Shown here: in pieces, positions 11,501 to 19,534 of the stretch
How positions within the stretch are numbered: position 1 is the stretch's first letter
Layout: every line of letters starts with the position of its first letter
Origin: Thermoplasmata archaeon
GTDB taxonomy: Archaea; Thermoplasmatota; Thermoplasmata; Lutacidiplasmatales; UBA184
DNA length: 64,000 nucleotides
Reading direction: 5' to 3'
NCBI GenBank assembly: GCA_028864975.1
Contig: JAGWLG010000016.1
Coordinates: 8,034 to 72,033, forward strand
Program-made: the position numbers and the translations under genes
The notes under the pieces: model-generated
Told to the model about the DNA's origin: nothing
Databases searched by the model: none
Seen by the model: only the letters and a program-made list of their open reading frames with translations

Positions 11501-13810
11501 AGCGTCGCGATCACGGACTCGAGCGGAGCGTCGGTGAGCGCCGGTGTCACGCTCACGGTCTACGCGGACCCGACCGTCACCACACCCGTGGCGACGCGCG
11601 TCAGCTTGGACCTGGGGCAGAGCACGACGCTCTCCTCCGTCTCGACCCCAGGCAGCGGCTCGCCGGTCTACGCTTGGCTCGGGCTCCCGTCAGGGTGCTT
11701 GAGCGCGAGCGTGCTCACCCTGAGCTGCACCCCCGCATCCGCCGGGACCTTCCTCGTTACGGTCTCGGTCCAGGACTCGGACGGGATGAACGTCTCCTCG
11801 GGAGGACTGACGCTCACGGTCGCTCCCGCGTTGGGGACCCCGGGGCTTTCGGCGAGCCGCAGCGCGGTCGACGTCGGAGAATCCACCTCGCTCCTGGCCT
11901 CCGCTTCCGGGGGGAGCGGCGGTTACTCCTACACCTGGACTGGGCTTCCCTCGGGATGCGTCTCGATCAACAACCCTACGCTCGGCTGCACGCCGAGCGC
12001 CGCTGGGACCTTCACGGCCGTTCTGGACGTCAGCGATTCGAACGGTGCCTCCTCGTCGGCCTCGATCGCCATCGCGGTCTCTCCCGCGCTCACCGCCGCG
12101 GTCCCGACCTCCTCGCTCGGGGGAGTGGACACGAACCAGAGCGCTACCTTGGCCGCCCACGCCGGCGGCGGGCTCGCTCCTCTGGTCCTCTCCTGGTGGG
12201 GCCTCCCCACGGGATGCCTCTCGAGCAATGCGGTGAACCTCGTCTGTGTCCCGAGGTCGTCGGGAACCTACCTGGTCTCCTACACCGTCGCGGACGCGAA
12301 CGGGCAGAACGTGAGCTCGGCGTCGCTGACCCTCGTCGTGACCCCTGCTCCGTCCACCCCGCTCCTCGCGGCCTCGCTGACGGCGCTCGACCTGGGGCAG
12401 GCGGCGGTGATCACGGCGGCCGTGTCCGGTGGGGCCCTGCCCCTCTCCTACGGCTGGACCGGGCTCCCGACCGGCTGTGCGTCCGTCGATTCCAGTTCGC
12501 TCACCTGCTCGCCCACTGCGACAGGGACCTTCTCCGTCGGGCTCGCTGTCGCCGACGCGAACGGGGCGACCTCCGCCGCCGTCCCGATCACGGTGACCGC
12601 CTTCGCCGCCCCCACGGTGGGGGCCCCTTCGGCCTCCCGCGTCTCGCTCGATGACGGGGAAGGGACGAACCTCTCGGTGGCCGCCTCCTCCGGGGGCGGC
12701 CCGCTCTCCCTCACCTGGTGGGGCCTGCCCTCGGGTTGTGCGAGCTCGAACGCGACCGCGATCTCCTGTGTTCCCGCCTCCTTGGGCACGTTCACCGTCT
12801 GGGTCGAGGCGGTGGACGCCCGTGGCGTCCTCGTACAGGGCCCGCCGCTCGTGCTCACCGTGGACGCTGCGCTGGGCTCGGCAGCGATCACGGCCTCCTC
12901 CTCCGCCTTCGACCTGGGAGCGCCGCTCACCCTGGGAGCCTCGGTGAGCGGAGGGAGCGGAAGCTTCGCCTACGACTGGACCGGGCTCCCGCCAGGGTGC
13001 GTGGCCGCGAGTTCGGCGACGCTCACGTGCACGCCCACCCGCGTGGGGTCCTTCACGGTCCAGGTCGGGGTCGCCGACGGGAACGGGGCCCGCACGTCCG
13101 CGTCCCAAGCCCTTCGGGTCTACGCGGCGCTCGAGGTGAACCTGACCGCCACGCCGCTCTCCGCGAGCGAGGGCACCACGCTGACGTTCTCGTCCTCGGT
13201 CTCCGGAGGGACCGGGACGATCAGTTACGCTTGGTTCCTGAACGGCACGCTCCAACCCGGAGCGGCAGGGCGGAACTTCACCGTCCCGAACGCCCACCCT
13301 GGAACGTACCAGGTCGCGCTCAAGGTCGCCGATGGATCAGGGAGCCAGGTGCTCTCGACCACGGTCTCGGTCGCCGTGAGCTCCACCAGCCCTCCCCCCA
13401 CCCCCTCCCCCGCGCCCGCGTCGCCCTCGCTCCTGGGTGGGCACGAGCCCGACGCCATCGTGGTGCTCTTGTTCATCCTGATCGCGATCACCCTCACGAT
13501 GGCGATCATCATGATGGGAGGACGGAAGCGACGGCGAGTGAGCGCCATCCTGCCTCCGATGGCTTCGGAGACGACCGCCCCCGAGCCCGGCTCGGCGGCC
13601 GCCGCCCCGGAGCCCACCGTGACCCCTCTGCCCTCGACACCCCAGGTCATTGTGGTGACGGGAGGGCCCGCACCCGTCCCGGGGGCCCAGGCGCCGCCTC
13701 TTCCACCCCCCGCGCCGGAGCCCCCCGCGCCCCCCACCTACGCGCCGCCCTCTCCACCCTCACCACCCTTGCCCAGGGGAGCTGAGGAGTACTCCGAGGA
13801 CAAGGAGTAG
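5537..13810 (+). CDS. Giant (~2750 aa) surface protein: 12 Kelch-like repeats, 19 Cys-stapled Ig-like repeats, PKD-like domain, TM, Pro-rich tail
   Basis: Single long ORF with typical codon use; repeated PxxR...MAYDxxDGYVLLFGG...DTW; repeated WxGLPxGC; hydrophobic helix followed by RKRRR. Exact start uncertain (GTG 5537 or a downstream ATG). Confidence 0.9.
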   Translation: MVARTLIYHMIGCAPMYHGHRSRVHPSNDEIATARKLYRSVRGPLGPRGCALASLVVLLMGIPLLPTATDVGGAVRSPSGHLGDPTSAALIVKGPASLLDGRAASTASTLTSLPSSSPSGSSSSVPRSGPSASTPPASSGSPLTASGGSVASATPSPTSSAGTELLQGAQRSLEQGQGPARGTAWNCGQPAGGGSESCAASSGSSADVLSAPSNPSWALLGTPSPRLGATMAFDQADNEVVLFGGENSAAQGDTWTFRAGSWSPVVTPVEPTPRGYASMAYDVADGYVLLFGGVAPGAGYLQDTWTFSAGSWTKLASATSPGVRIAASMSYDAADGYLVLFGGKGCSTASSCAATDLQDTWKFVGGVWAELFPASSPGIREFSMVGYDAYDGYVLLFGGYGCTTGSSCSEGLLQDTWSYKAGTWSLVTGSTPPGTREAAALAYDPTMSGLILVGGDGCSTGNACASYYLQDTWLYLKGAWSQLTPNAVPGIRDLMPMAYDGVDGYLLLFGGLGCSDASSPCPISYLQDSWVFAAGTWTELTSPSSSPGVRGIATLAYDPIDGYVLLFGGYGCVVGSTCTAGDLGDTWTFQAGTWTELFPNPSPGARDGSALVYDAADGYMLLFGGYGCNTGSTCTLADQQDTWTWAGGSWTQLAPPAPPGARVAPAMSYDPTDGYVLLFGGYGCTTGNTGCTSFLSDTWDFRGGTWTQLARIGPPQRYIASIADDAADGYVVLFGGLGCENYPTCSAYGELADTWRYAGSGNWVNMTSTAGGPPPARDGAGMAFDTADNYLLLFGGFSTTGSDLSDSWKFLGGSWTALSPTLAPGVRRYTEMAYDGHDGFLLLLGGNGCTFGTSCAVNWMQDSWAYGAPLTSAMVVASSASRDVGQSVTFTAGATGGGSGSYQFLWAGLPPGCVPTSPAPGVTCAPTTAGTFQVSTVAEDSTGAPQATSGTLAFMVYSDPTAAASGSTPSIDLGQSATFTLSTSGGSGGDGYAWNGLPTGCSSSAGLSDTCTPALASAEGAWSVSATVTDSNGYSVSSGGVALTVDSDPSVAAPSESRTALDVGQVLSLSTTVSGGSGGYAFTWSGLPTGCSSVNAPSLSCSPSAAGAFSSISVSALDSNGVMGGSPIAASITVSASLVVPTPTSSPGTLDLGQSTTLALSPSGGRAPYTISWFGVPTGCTASGTSFLCTPTATGTYSVYATDADSNGATVTSGAVTVNVLADPQIVSLASNRSATDLGTGFTITVQAIDGTGSYSYTWTGLPLGCVVPGLSTITCKPTVVGPFTLRVYVNDSTGTSTSQTLALMVDSDPTTTAPTASPTSPIDAGSKVVFQTTASGGSGGYSYTWVGLPSASCPVAIGSSLECDTLGVGNYSASALVRDSNGVGYASGALAFTVLRDPVLSNVVANRTAIDVGARVIFNATAYRGQGPYSYDWSGLPAGCSSANTAMLSCLATGSGSFSVGVSVADAVGGSASSTTLGYVVYPDPSLSSPSASATTLDLGQSVAFSTTLSGGSGGFSFTWSGLPGTCSGTGGSSPSCTTTAAGNFSIMVSGKDSAGAWTSSTSLAVRVLKDPGVTTPTAVPSAVDMGESTTFFGYGWGGEAPYTYSWSGLPAGCTSSSAASLSCTPTSAGGYTVQVTVTDALVVSATSPTLTFTVSVALVVSPVTLSPGSIDDGQSTTFSTSASGGVAPYVYAWAGLPSGCLSANTASILCTPSPSTSGTFSIVASVRDAHGMNVSSSLASLTVLAAVAVGALTATRGSLDVGQATTLSATAAGGTGVYSYTWSGLPTGCGSVNSATLTCTPTGSGTFASVGVRATDTNGQGSSSSPLSLVVAPDPTISIPTATLSALDVGQTTTLTVSTTSGSGGPVYAWVGLPVGCPSANALSVACTPASGGTGTFTVKASVVDSNGDNISSGPLTLYVYPALGGASLTATRGSLDVGESTTLTASSTGGSGGLIYAWSGLPSGCPGGNVPTVACVPTSPGSVSVSVAITDSSGASVSAGVTLTVYADPTVTTPVATRVSLDLGQSTTLSSVSTPGSGSPVYAWLGLPSGCLSASVLTLSCTPASAGTFLVTVSVQDSDGMNVSSGGLTLTVAPALGTPGLSASRSAVDVGESTSLLASASGGSGGYSYTWTGLPSGCVSINNPTLGCTPSAAGTFTAVLDVSDSNGASSSASIAIAVSPALTAAVPTSSLGGVDTNQSATLAAHAGGGLAPLVLSWWGLPTGCLSSNAVNLVCVPRSSGTYLVSYTVADANGQNVSSASLTLVVTPAPSTPLLAASLTALDLGQAAVITAAVSGGALPLSYGWTGLPTGCASVDSSSLTCSPTATGTFSVGLAVADANGATSAAVPITVTAFAAPTVGAPSASRVSLDDGEGTNLSVAASSGGGPLSLTWWGLPSGCASSNATAISCVPASLGTFTVWVEAVDARGVLVQGPPLVLTVDAALGSAAITASSSAFDLGAPLTLGASVSGGSGSFAYDWTGLPPGCVAASSATLTCTPTRVGSFTVQVGVADGNGARTSASQALRVYAALEVNLTATPLSASEGTTLTFSSSVSGGTGTISYAWFLNGTLQPGAAGRNFTVPNAHPGTYQVALKVADGSGSQVLSTTVSVAVSSTSPPPTPSPAPASPSLLGGHEPDAIVVLLFILIAITLTMAIIMMGGRKRRRVSAILPPMASETTAPEPGSAAAAPEPTVTPLPSTPQVIVVTGGPAPVPGAQAPPLPPPAPEPPAPPTYAPPSPPSPPLPRGAEEYSEDKE
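6203..8140 (+). repeat. 12 tandem Kelch-like blades (two predicted 6-bladed propellers), 9 with C-x(5-6)-C loops
   Basis: Counted from the translation, e.g. FGGKGCSTASSCAATDLQDTW, FGGYGCVVGSTCTAGDLGDTW. Confidence 0.85.
8141..13125 (+). repeat. 19 tandem ~88-aa Ig-like repeats with WxGLPxGC...C motif
   Basis: 19 occurrences counted, from FLWAGLPPGC to YDWTGLPPGC, most preceded by a D[LV]G[QE] and a GGxG turn. Confidence 0.85.
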
Positions 13811-13929
13811 GACCGGCCCGACCCCGAGAGGGACGACTCGACCGGAGCGGACGGAAGGCCCTTGGTTTATCTCGAGGAGGCGACTACCGAAGGATCGTTG
13901 TCCGCCGATAGCTCGCGGACCGCCGCACC

Positions 13930-15024
13930 ATGACAGAATTGCCTCCGGAAGCCCGCCGCGCGGTGGGTCTCCTCCCGGGAGAGACGCTGGCAAGTTCTTG
14001 GCCCGCCGCCCACCAGCGACCTGGGGCCCCGAGCGGGTCGGAGGGCTTCCTCGTGGTGACCTCGAACCGACTGCTCTTCCTCCAAGAGGCCGGAGGGAGG
14101 CTCTCGAAGAGCTACCAGCCGGTCCCCGGACTCAGCTGGCCCCTCGCGACCCTGGGGGAGGTCCGGGTCGAGGAGAACCGAGGCAGGATGTCCTCGACCT
14201 CCTGGCTCTTGGTGCAGGGCGAATACTTCTCGGTGGGAAAGGGAGGGGCCCAGGAGAACTCGAGGGCGCGCTGGTTCCTCGAGCAAGCGCGCTCCCGCGC
14301 CGCCCGACCCCCTCCCTCGAGCCCGGCCCCGGTCACCCCAGGAACCTTGGCCCCGGTTGCGCCCTCGCCCCCGCCGCAGTCGGTGCCCTCGGCCCCCAGT
14401 GTCCCCCTTCAACGGCCCCCGACCGCCCCGAACGTTGTTGCGGCGGTCTCGGCGACGGCCGGGGCCCCCGCGCAGCCTTCCTTCGTCCGGGAGCCCACCC
14501 CACACGCCGCCCTCTCTGAGCCCCCCAGAGCGGAGTCGGCCCACGGCCTCTCTGTCCCCGGATTCCCCACCTGGCCCATGGTGCCGATCACCATCGTGGA
14601 GACCCCGGAGCCCAGCAAGTTCTGGAGCATCGTGGGGTCCTCCGGGGTCGAGCGCGACAAGATGCTCGTGTTCTGCACCGAATCTCCCGGGGAGCTCTCC
14701 GCCTCGTATGGGCTCGCGGGCGCGACCCTGTGGCGCATTGCGAGCAGCGAGGGCGAAGGGAAGGTGAAGCCCGGAGACGTGGACCGACTGGGGCTCTTGA
14801 TCGAGGACCACTTCGCCCAGGCAAGCGGGCAAGCCGTGGTCCTCAAGGGCCTCGACCGGATCATCGAGGAGGCGGGGTTCCGCGGCGCTAGGCGGCTGCT
14901 CGAGGTGGCGCGCGAGGTCGCTGAGAAGACCCGGGGTGCGGTGATCGTCCACGTCGACCCCATCCTCGTCGGCCCGAAGGAGATCCACCAGCTCGAGGAG
15001 GACGGCAAGGTCCTCAAGCTCTGA
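13930..15024 (+). CDS. PH-like N-terminal domain, Pro-rich linker, C-terminal DUF835-like domain
   Basis: GFLVVTSNRLLF resembles bacterial/archaeal PH domains; the C-terminus (LVFCTESP..LWRI..VVLKGLDRII..GAVIVHVDP..EIHQLE) resembles DUF835. Confidence 0.7.
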   Translation: MTELPPEARRAVGLLPGETLASSWPAAHQRPGAPSGSEGFLVVTSNRLLFLQEAGGRLSKSYQPVPGLSWPLATLGEVRVEENRGRMSSTSWLLVQGEYFSVGKGGAQENSRARWFLEQARSRAARPPPSSPAPVTPGTLAPVAPSPPPQSVPSAPSVPLQRPPTAPNVVAAVSATAGAPAQPSFVREPTPHAALSEPPRAESAHGLSVPGFPTWPMVPITIVETPEPSKFWSIVGSSGVERDKMLVFCTESPGELSASYGLAGATLWRIASSEGEGKVKPGDVDRLGLLIEDHFAQASGQAVVLKGLDRIIEEAGFRGARRLLEVAREVAEKTRGAVIVHVDPILVGPKEIHQLEEDGKVLKL

Positions 15025-15064
15025 AGGGCCGGGAGAACCTTGGAGCGCGTGGGGCGCGCGGCCG

Positions 15065-15475
15065 CTAGGCGAAAACCCCGGTGGGCCGCAGGAACCGTAT
15101 GACGTAGCCGTCGGGGTCGTTGAGCATGAACGCGGTCCCGTACGGCCGCTTGGAGAGCCTCGACTCGATCTCCGCCTTGGCCTTCTTCGCCCGCTCGTAG
15201 ATCCTCTCGACGGGTCTAAGCTCTACGGTCACGATGACACCCGCGCCGAGGGGGGTGCTGACCCACTTCGCATAGTCGTCGTACTGACCGGCCATTCGGT
15301 CCTTGGGTATCCTCCCGAGGGCAATGACCGCATCGCCGATCCCGACCCCCGCGTAATCCGCCTTGCCGTCGTCGCCCTCCCACTTCCATCTCACCTGGAA
15401 GCCGAGGGCTTCGTAGAACTTCACCGACCGGTCGACGTCCTTGACGTTCAGCATCACGCTCATCGCCGCCTTCAT
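15065..15475 (-). CDS. VOC/glyoxalase family protein
   Basis: LNVKDVDRSVKFYEALGF and PYGTAFMLNDPDGYVIRF motifs. Confidence 0.9.
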   Translation of the reverse strand: MKAAMSVMLNVKDVDRSVKFYEALGFQVRWKWEGDDGKADYAGVGIGDAVIALGRIPKDRMAGQYDDYAKWVSTPLGAGVIVTVELRPVERIYERAKKAKAEIESRLSKRPYGTAFMLNDPDGYVIRFLRPTGVFA

Positions 15476-15561
15476 GGGTCCTCGTGGAAGGGACGGACGC
15501 GCGGGGGGAGATAGTGAATGCGTCCAGGCCCCCGGGCGGGCCCGGGGGCGAGCGGAGAGGC

Positions 15562-18500
15562 TCAGCGCGGGGGCGGGGGCGGTGGTGGGGGCCAGGAGGG
15601 AGGGGTGGGAGTGAACATTGGACCGTAAGGAGGGGGCACGCTCGCGCGCCGTCGCTTCCTCGCGAGGAGGACCGCGACGACGATACCCACGATGGCGACG
15701 GCCAGGACCGCCAGCACGAGAGGGCTCGTGAGCAGACCGACCAGGTCCCCAGCTCCTCCGTTCGATGGGGCGGGGGTGATGGTCACCTGGGCAGACCCTT
15801 GGGCGCTTTCACGACCCGTGGCCGTCACGGAGACGGTGATCGTCGCGGTGACCGTCGACGAAGGCGATGGGGCGGTGAGCTGCGCATCGAGCTTCCCGGC
15901 GGTGTCGGTAGCGCCGGAAGCAGGGGTGATGGTGCCCTGGTCCACCGTGAGGGCTAGGGTTGCTCCCGAGATGGGGGCGCCGCTCCCATCCGTCACCGAG
16001 ACCACAACGGCGACGGTTCCGCCCGCCGAGATCGTGTTCGGGGTGGGGGTGACCACGACGGCCATCGGGAGCACAACATACAGACGAAGCGTGCCACTTC
16101 CAGTGGTGTAACCGGGCTCGGACGCGTGGGCGGTCAGGGTTACCGTGGTCGCGGAGGAAGGGGACGGTGCGGTCAGAAGGAGGTCGACGGTCCCGTTCGT
16201 GGGGGTCGTCGCCCCCATCAGGCTGAGGGAGCCGGAGGTGACCGAGAAGGACTCAGAGGCGCCGGCGACAGGGGACCCCGCGCTCTCCAAAAGGGCATGG
16301 ACGGCCACCGTGCTCCCGGCGACCGCCTCGTAGCTGGCGGCGGAGAGGTTGAGCAAGAGCGGCGGCGCAGGGTCGATCTGCACCGTCGCGGTGAGCGTCG
16401 TCGGCGCGTACCCGCTCTTCGAGAGCGCGACCGAGATCGTGTCGGTCGAAGGAGATGCGACGCTCGACACGGTGAGGTTCGTGAACGCCGCGCCGGCGGC
16501 GGTAGAGGACGTTGAAGGAGGAGAGAAGGTCCCTCCCAGGCTGTCGGTGAAGGTCGCCGTGGCTCCCTGGATGGGGGTGCCGGAGGAGACGATGGCCACG
16601 GTGATCGCGGCGGGGAGACCCGCGGTCGTCGCTCCCGAAGGGACCGACACGCTCCCGGTGAGCACCGGCTGGTCGACGACCGCGGCGTAGACGCCTCCCG
16701 GATGCGCAAGGCTCGCCGAGGCGTTGGCCCACACATCCAGTGTAAGGGGGACCGAGGTCGCCGGGAGGGTGAAGTTCGACCAGACGCTGCCCCCCACATT
16801 GGTGGTACCGGAGGCGGGGGAGAAGAGATCGCCCTTCTGATCGGCGAAGGCGACCGTGGCTCCCGCCACGGCACCGCTGGTATCCGTGACGGAAGCATGG
16901 ACCGTGACATGGGACCCCGGATTGCCGGGGTTCGGGGTAACCGAGAGCGCGACCGAGAGCGTCGGCTCAGGGTCCAAGGTCAGCGTCGCGGTCCCGTTGT
17001 TCCCCGGGTGCCCTGGGGCGGTCGCGGCCGCGTCCACCGTGTCGGAGGTGGGGGTAGTCACCGAGGGGGTGGTGAAGTTCGCATAGGCATACCCCGCCGC
17101 GTCGGTCGTCGTGGAGGCGGGGGTGAAGGAACTCCCGCTCGTGTCCGAGAACCCGACGTTGGCCCCAGAGACCGGGGACCCGCTGGGGAGCGAGACGTAG
17201 GCAACAGCGGCGACGGTGCTGCCACCCACAACGGAAGCCGAGGGGGTCGGGGTGAGCGTGACCTGCAGAGGAAGCGGGTCGATGGTGATCACGGCCGTCC
17301 CTGACCCGGGGTTGTACCCCCCTGCGGTGGCCGACGCGGTGATTGTGTCGGAAGTTGCCGCGAGGACGGTGGGAGCGGTGAAGTTCGTCCAGGCGTTGCC
17401 GTTGGCCCCGACGGTGACGGGGTTGGGGGAGAAGCTGTCCGTGAGGGTGTCCGAGAAGCTCACGGAAGCCCCGGGGACCGGGACGCCGGCGGATGTCACG
17501 CTCGCTATGACGGCGACTGTCGAGCCGGAGGTCGCCGAGCTCGAGGGTGTGGTCGTGACCGAGACCGAGAGGGTCGGGGTGCCGCTCGGGTTGTAGATGG
17601 CTTCGAGCGGGGAACTCCCGTTCATGGCGACATTCGTGAGCGCGCTCATGGACGAGGCGAACATCCCCTGCCAGTGCGAGAAGGTGTAGCCGGTGACGCT
17701 CGCAGGGACCGAGATGTTGTGCACCGTTCCGCGGGTCCAGTACTCGGTCGACGGGAGGGCGGTCGAGACGCCGTCCACCGTCGCGGTCACTCCGGCGATG
17801 TTCGCCGAGAGGTCCAGCCAGGCGAGCTGCCCCACGTAGAGGTCCTCGTTCATGTTCCCCGTGACCCCATTGCGGAAGTCGGTCCAGACCGAGAAGTCCC
17901 CGGCGGGGCTCCAGAAGGTGTTCTCGTAGTCCCCCATGAACGCTGACCAGACCGTCGGGTTGCCGCTGACCGAGGAGACCCGGACGTTCCGCGCGAAGGT
18001 CTGCCCTCCATCCTTCGAGACCGCGACGGTGGTGTCGACGTAGAAGTCCCCGGGGACGTACCTCCGGTCCAGGAACTCGACGTAGACCGTGCCGTTCTTC
18101 CCGACGGCCAGCTGGGGGAACCAGTGGTCCGCTCCGTCGCTGGGGTCATTGTTGACCGAGATGGGGGAGCTCCAGCTAGAGCCGTAGTTCGTGGAGCGGA
18201 GCAGACGGATCTGAAGAGAGCTCACGTTCTCCGTGTAGACGATGTAGAGGTCGCCCTTGTACGGGCTTCCCGCAGAGGTGTCGCCAAAGATCTGGGGGAA
18301 GCAGTTCATCCGACCCACCCCCCCGATCGCGGGGAACCCAGAGCTTCCGGCCGGAGCACACGTGATCGACCCCAGGTTGGCCTCGGCGGAGAAGGCCCCG
18401 CCGGGGGCCGTGGCCCGCGAGAACTCGAGGTCAGAGCCGGTCGCTCCTCCCTCCCATACCACATCCACTCCGCCCGAGGAGTCGACGGCCAGGCCCGCGG

Positions 18501-19443
18501 CGACCATGTTCTGGTCCGAGGCGGAGTTGATGTGCGTGGGCCCCACCCACGAGGCCCCCTTGGTCGTGGAGTACCAGTAATCGATGTACGCCGTCGTGGA
18601 GCTGTAGTTCATCACGTCGATGGAGACGGTCCCGGTGCTCGGGTCGACCCCCATCCACTCCTTGTCCACCCAGTACGACCCAAAGTCCTGCTCCACGCGA
18701 ACGTAGTTCCACGTGAGCCCCCCATCGGCAGAGTGAGCGACGAAGAGCCCTCCGTTGGTGGCGACGCTCCCGGAGCATCGGCCGGTCTGGGCAGTGGGGT
18801 ACCCCAGGCCGGCGAAGTAGGCGGTACCGTCCGGCGCGAAGAACACGTTGGTGTCCCCGCCGAAGCAGGGGTGTCCGCCTGCGAAGGTCGTGTTCATCGC
18901 GGCGGGCCGATAATGCCAGGTGAGACCTCCGTTCGTGGAGGTGAACTCGCTGGCCCAAGAGCCCGAGGATCCTGTCGCGGCGGTGTCATAGTCGTTACCG
19001 GAGACGATGATGTCGAGCGGGTTGGTGGGGTTGACGGCGATCCCCGGTTCGTTCTGGGGCGTCGGGTCCCAGGTCGCCTGATAATTGATCCCGATCTTCG
19101 GGCTCACCTGCGGGGTCGCCCCTGGGGAGATCTCGGGGCCCGTGCGGAAGTTCGACGGGAGGTTCGCGAGGGGGTCGAAAGGACGAGGAGGAGCGCCCTT
19201 CGAAGCGAGAGCGGGGAGCGAGGTCCGCGCCAACGCTCCGGCGACAGTCGCGGGATGGACGCTGGCGACCGAGGAAGGGGCGGTCGCCTGAAGGTCCGGG
19301 GGCAGCAGCATGGCGGCTGCTGACATGAGCAGAAGTGCCACCACGAGGTCCTGGCGGACACCCTTACGCGGCTTTTTCGGAACCTCTGGGCGATGCGCGC
19401 AAGGACCACGTCGGTGGCTAGACACGGTCGACCGAGCAAGCAC
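15562..19443 (-). CDS. Surface protein: Asp-box (BNR, sialidase-like) propeller, 6 Big_1/invasin-like Ig repeats, TM, Pro-rich tail
   Basis: Asp-boxes STNGGLTW, SADGGLTW, STTKGASW, STNYGSSW, SKDGGQTF; six P[VI]xGAxVxF...T...G..F repeats; TM then RKRRR. Start uncertain. Confidence 0.85.
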   Translation of the reverse strand: MLARSTVSSHRRGPCAHRPEVPKKPRKGVRQDLVVALLLMSAAAMLLPPDLQATAPSSVASVHPATVAGALARTSLPALASKGAPPRPFDPLANLPSNFRTGPEISPGATPQVSPKIGINYQATWDPTPQNEPGIAVNPTNPLDIIVSGNDYDTAATGSSGSWASEFTSTNGGLTWHYRPAAMNTTFAGGHPCFGGDTNVFFAPDGTAYFAGLGYPTAQTGRCSGSVATNGGLFVAHSADGGLTWNYVRVEQDFGSYWVDKEWMGVDPSTGTVSIDVMNYSSTTAYIDYWYSTTKGASWVGPTHINSASDQNMVAAGLAVDSSGGVDVVWEGGATGSDLEFSRATAPGGAFSAEANLGSITCAPAGSSGFPAIGGVGRMNCFPQIFGDTSAGSPYKGDLYIVYTENVSSLQIRLLRSTNYGSSWSSPISVNNDPSDGADHWFPQLAVGKNGTVYVEFLDRRYVPGDFYVDTTVAVSKDGGQTFARNVRVSSVSGNPTVWSAFMGDYENTFWSPAGDFSVWTDFRNGVTGNMNEDLYVGQLAWLDLSANIAGVTATVDGVSTALPSTEYWTRGTVHNISVPASVTGYTFSHWQGMFASSMSALTNVAMNGSSPLEAIYNPSGTPTLSVSVTTTPSSSATSGSTVAVIASVTSAGVPVPGASVSFSDTLTDSFSPNPVTVGANGNAWTNFTAPTVLAATSDTITASATAGGYNPGSGTAVITIDPLPLQVTLTPTPSASVVGGSTVAAVAYVSLPSGSPVSGANVGFSDTSGSSFTPASTTTDAAGYAYANFTTPSVTTPTSDTVDAAATAPGHPGNNGTATLTLDPEPTLSVALSVTPNPGNPGSHVTVHASVTDTSGAVAGATVAFADQKGDLFSPASGTTNVGGSVWSNFTLPATSVPLTLDVWANASASLAHPGGVYAAVVDQPVLTGSVSVPSGATTAGLPAAITVAIVSSGTPIQGATATFTDSLGGTFSPPSTSSTAAGAAFTNLTVSSVASPSTDTISVALSKSGYAPTTLTATVQIDPAPPLLLNLSAASYEAVAGSTVAVHALLESAGSPVAGASESFSVTSGSLSLMGATTPTNGTVDLLLTAPSPSSATTVTLTAHASEPGYTTGSGTLRLYVVLPMAVVVTPTPNTISAGGTVAVVVSVTDGSGAPISGATLALTVDQGTITPASGATDTAGKLDAQLTAPSPSSTVTATITVSVTATGRESAQGSAQVTITPAPSNGGAGDLVGLLTSPLVLAVLAVAIVGIVVAVLLARKRRRASVPPPYGPMFTPTPPSWPPPPPPPPR

Positions 19444-19534
19444 CTCCGTAAAAAGTGCTTGTCGGGTGGCTCATGGCCCCGCGTCGCCCTGCGACGCCCG
19501 AAGCGAGGTATACGCCGTGCGCCTCTTCATCGGC

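Noticed and set aside
13441-13810. PGF-CTERM/archaeosortase or lipobox anchoring of the surface proteins
   Set aside because: No PGF motif before the TM and the tails are long rather than 3-5 basic residues. These look like uncleaved type I membrane proteins.
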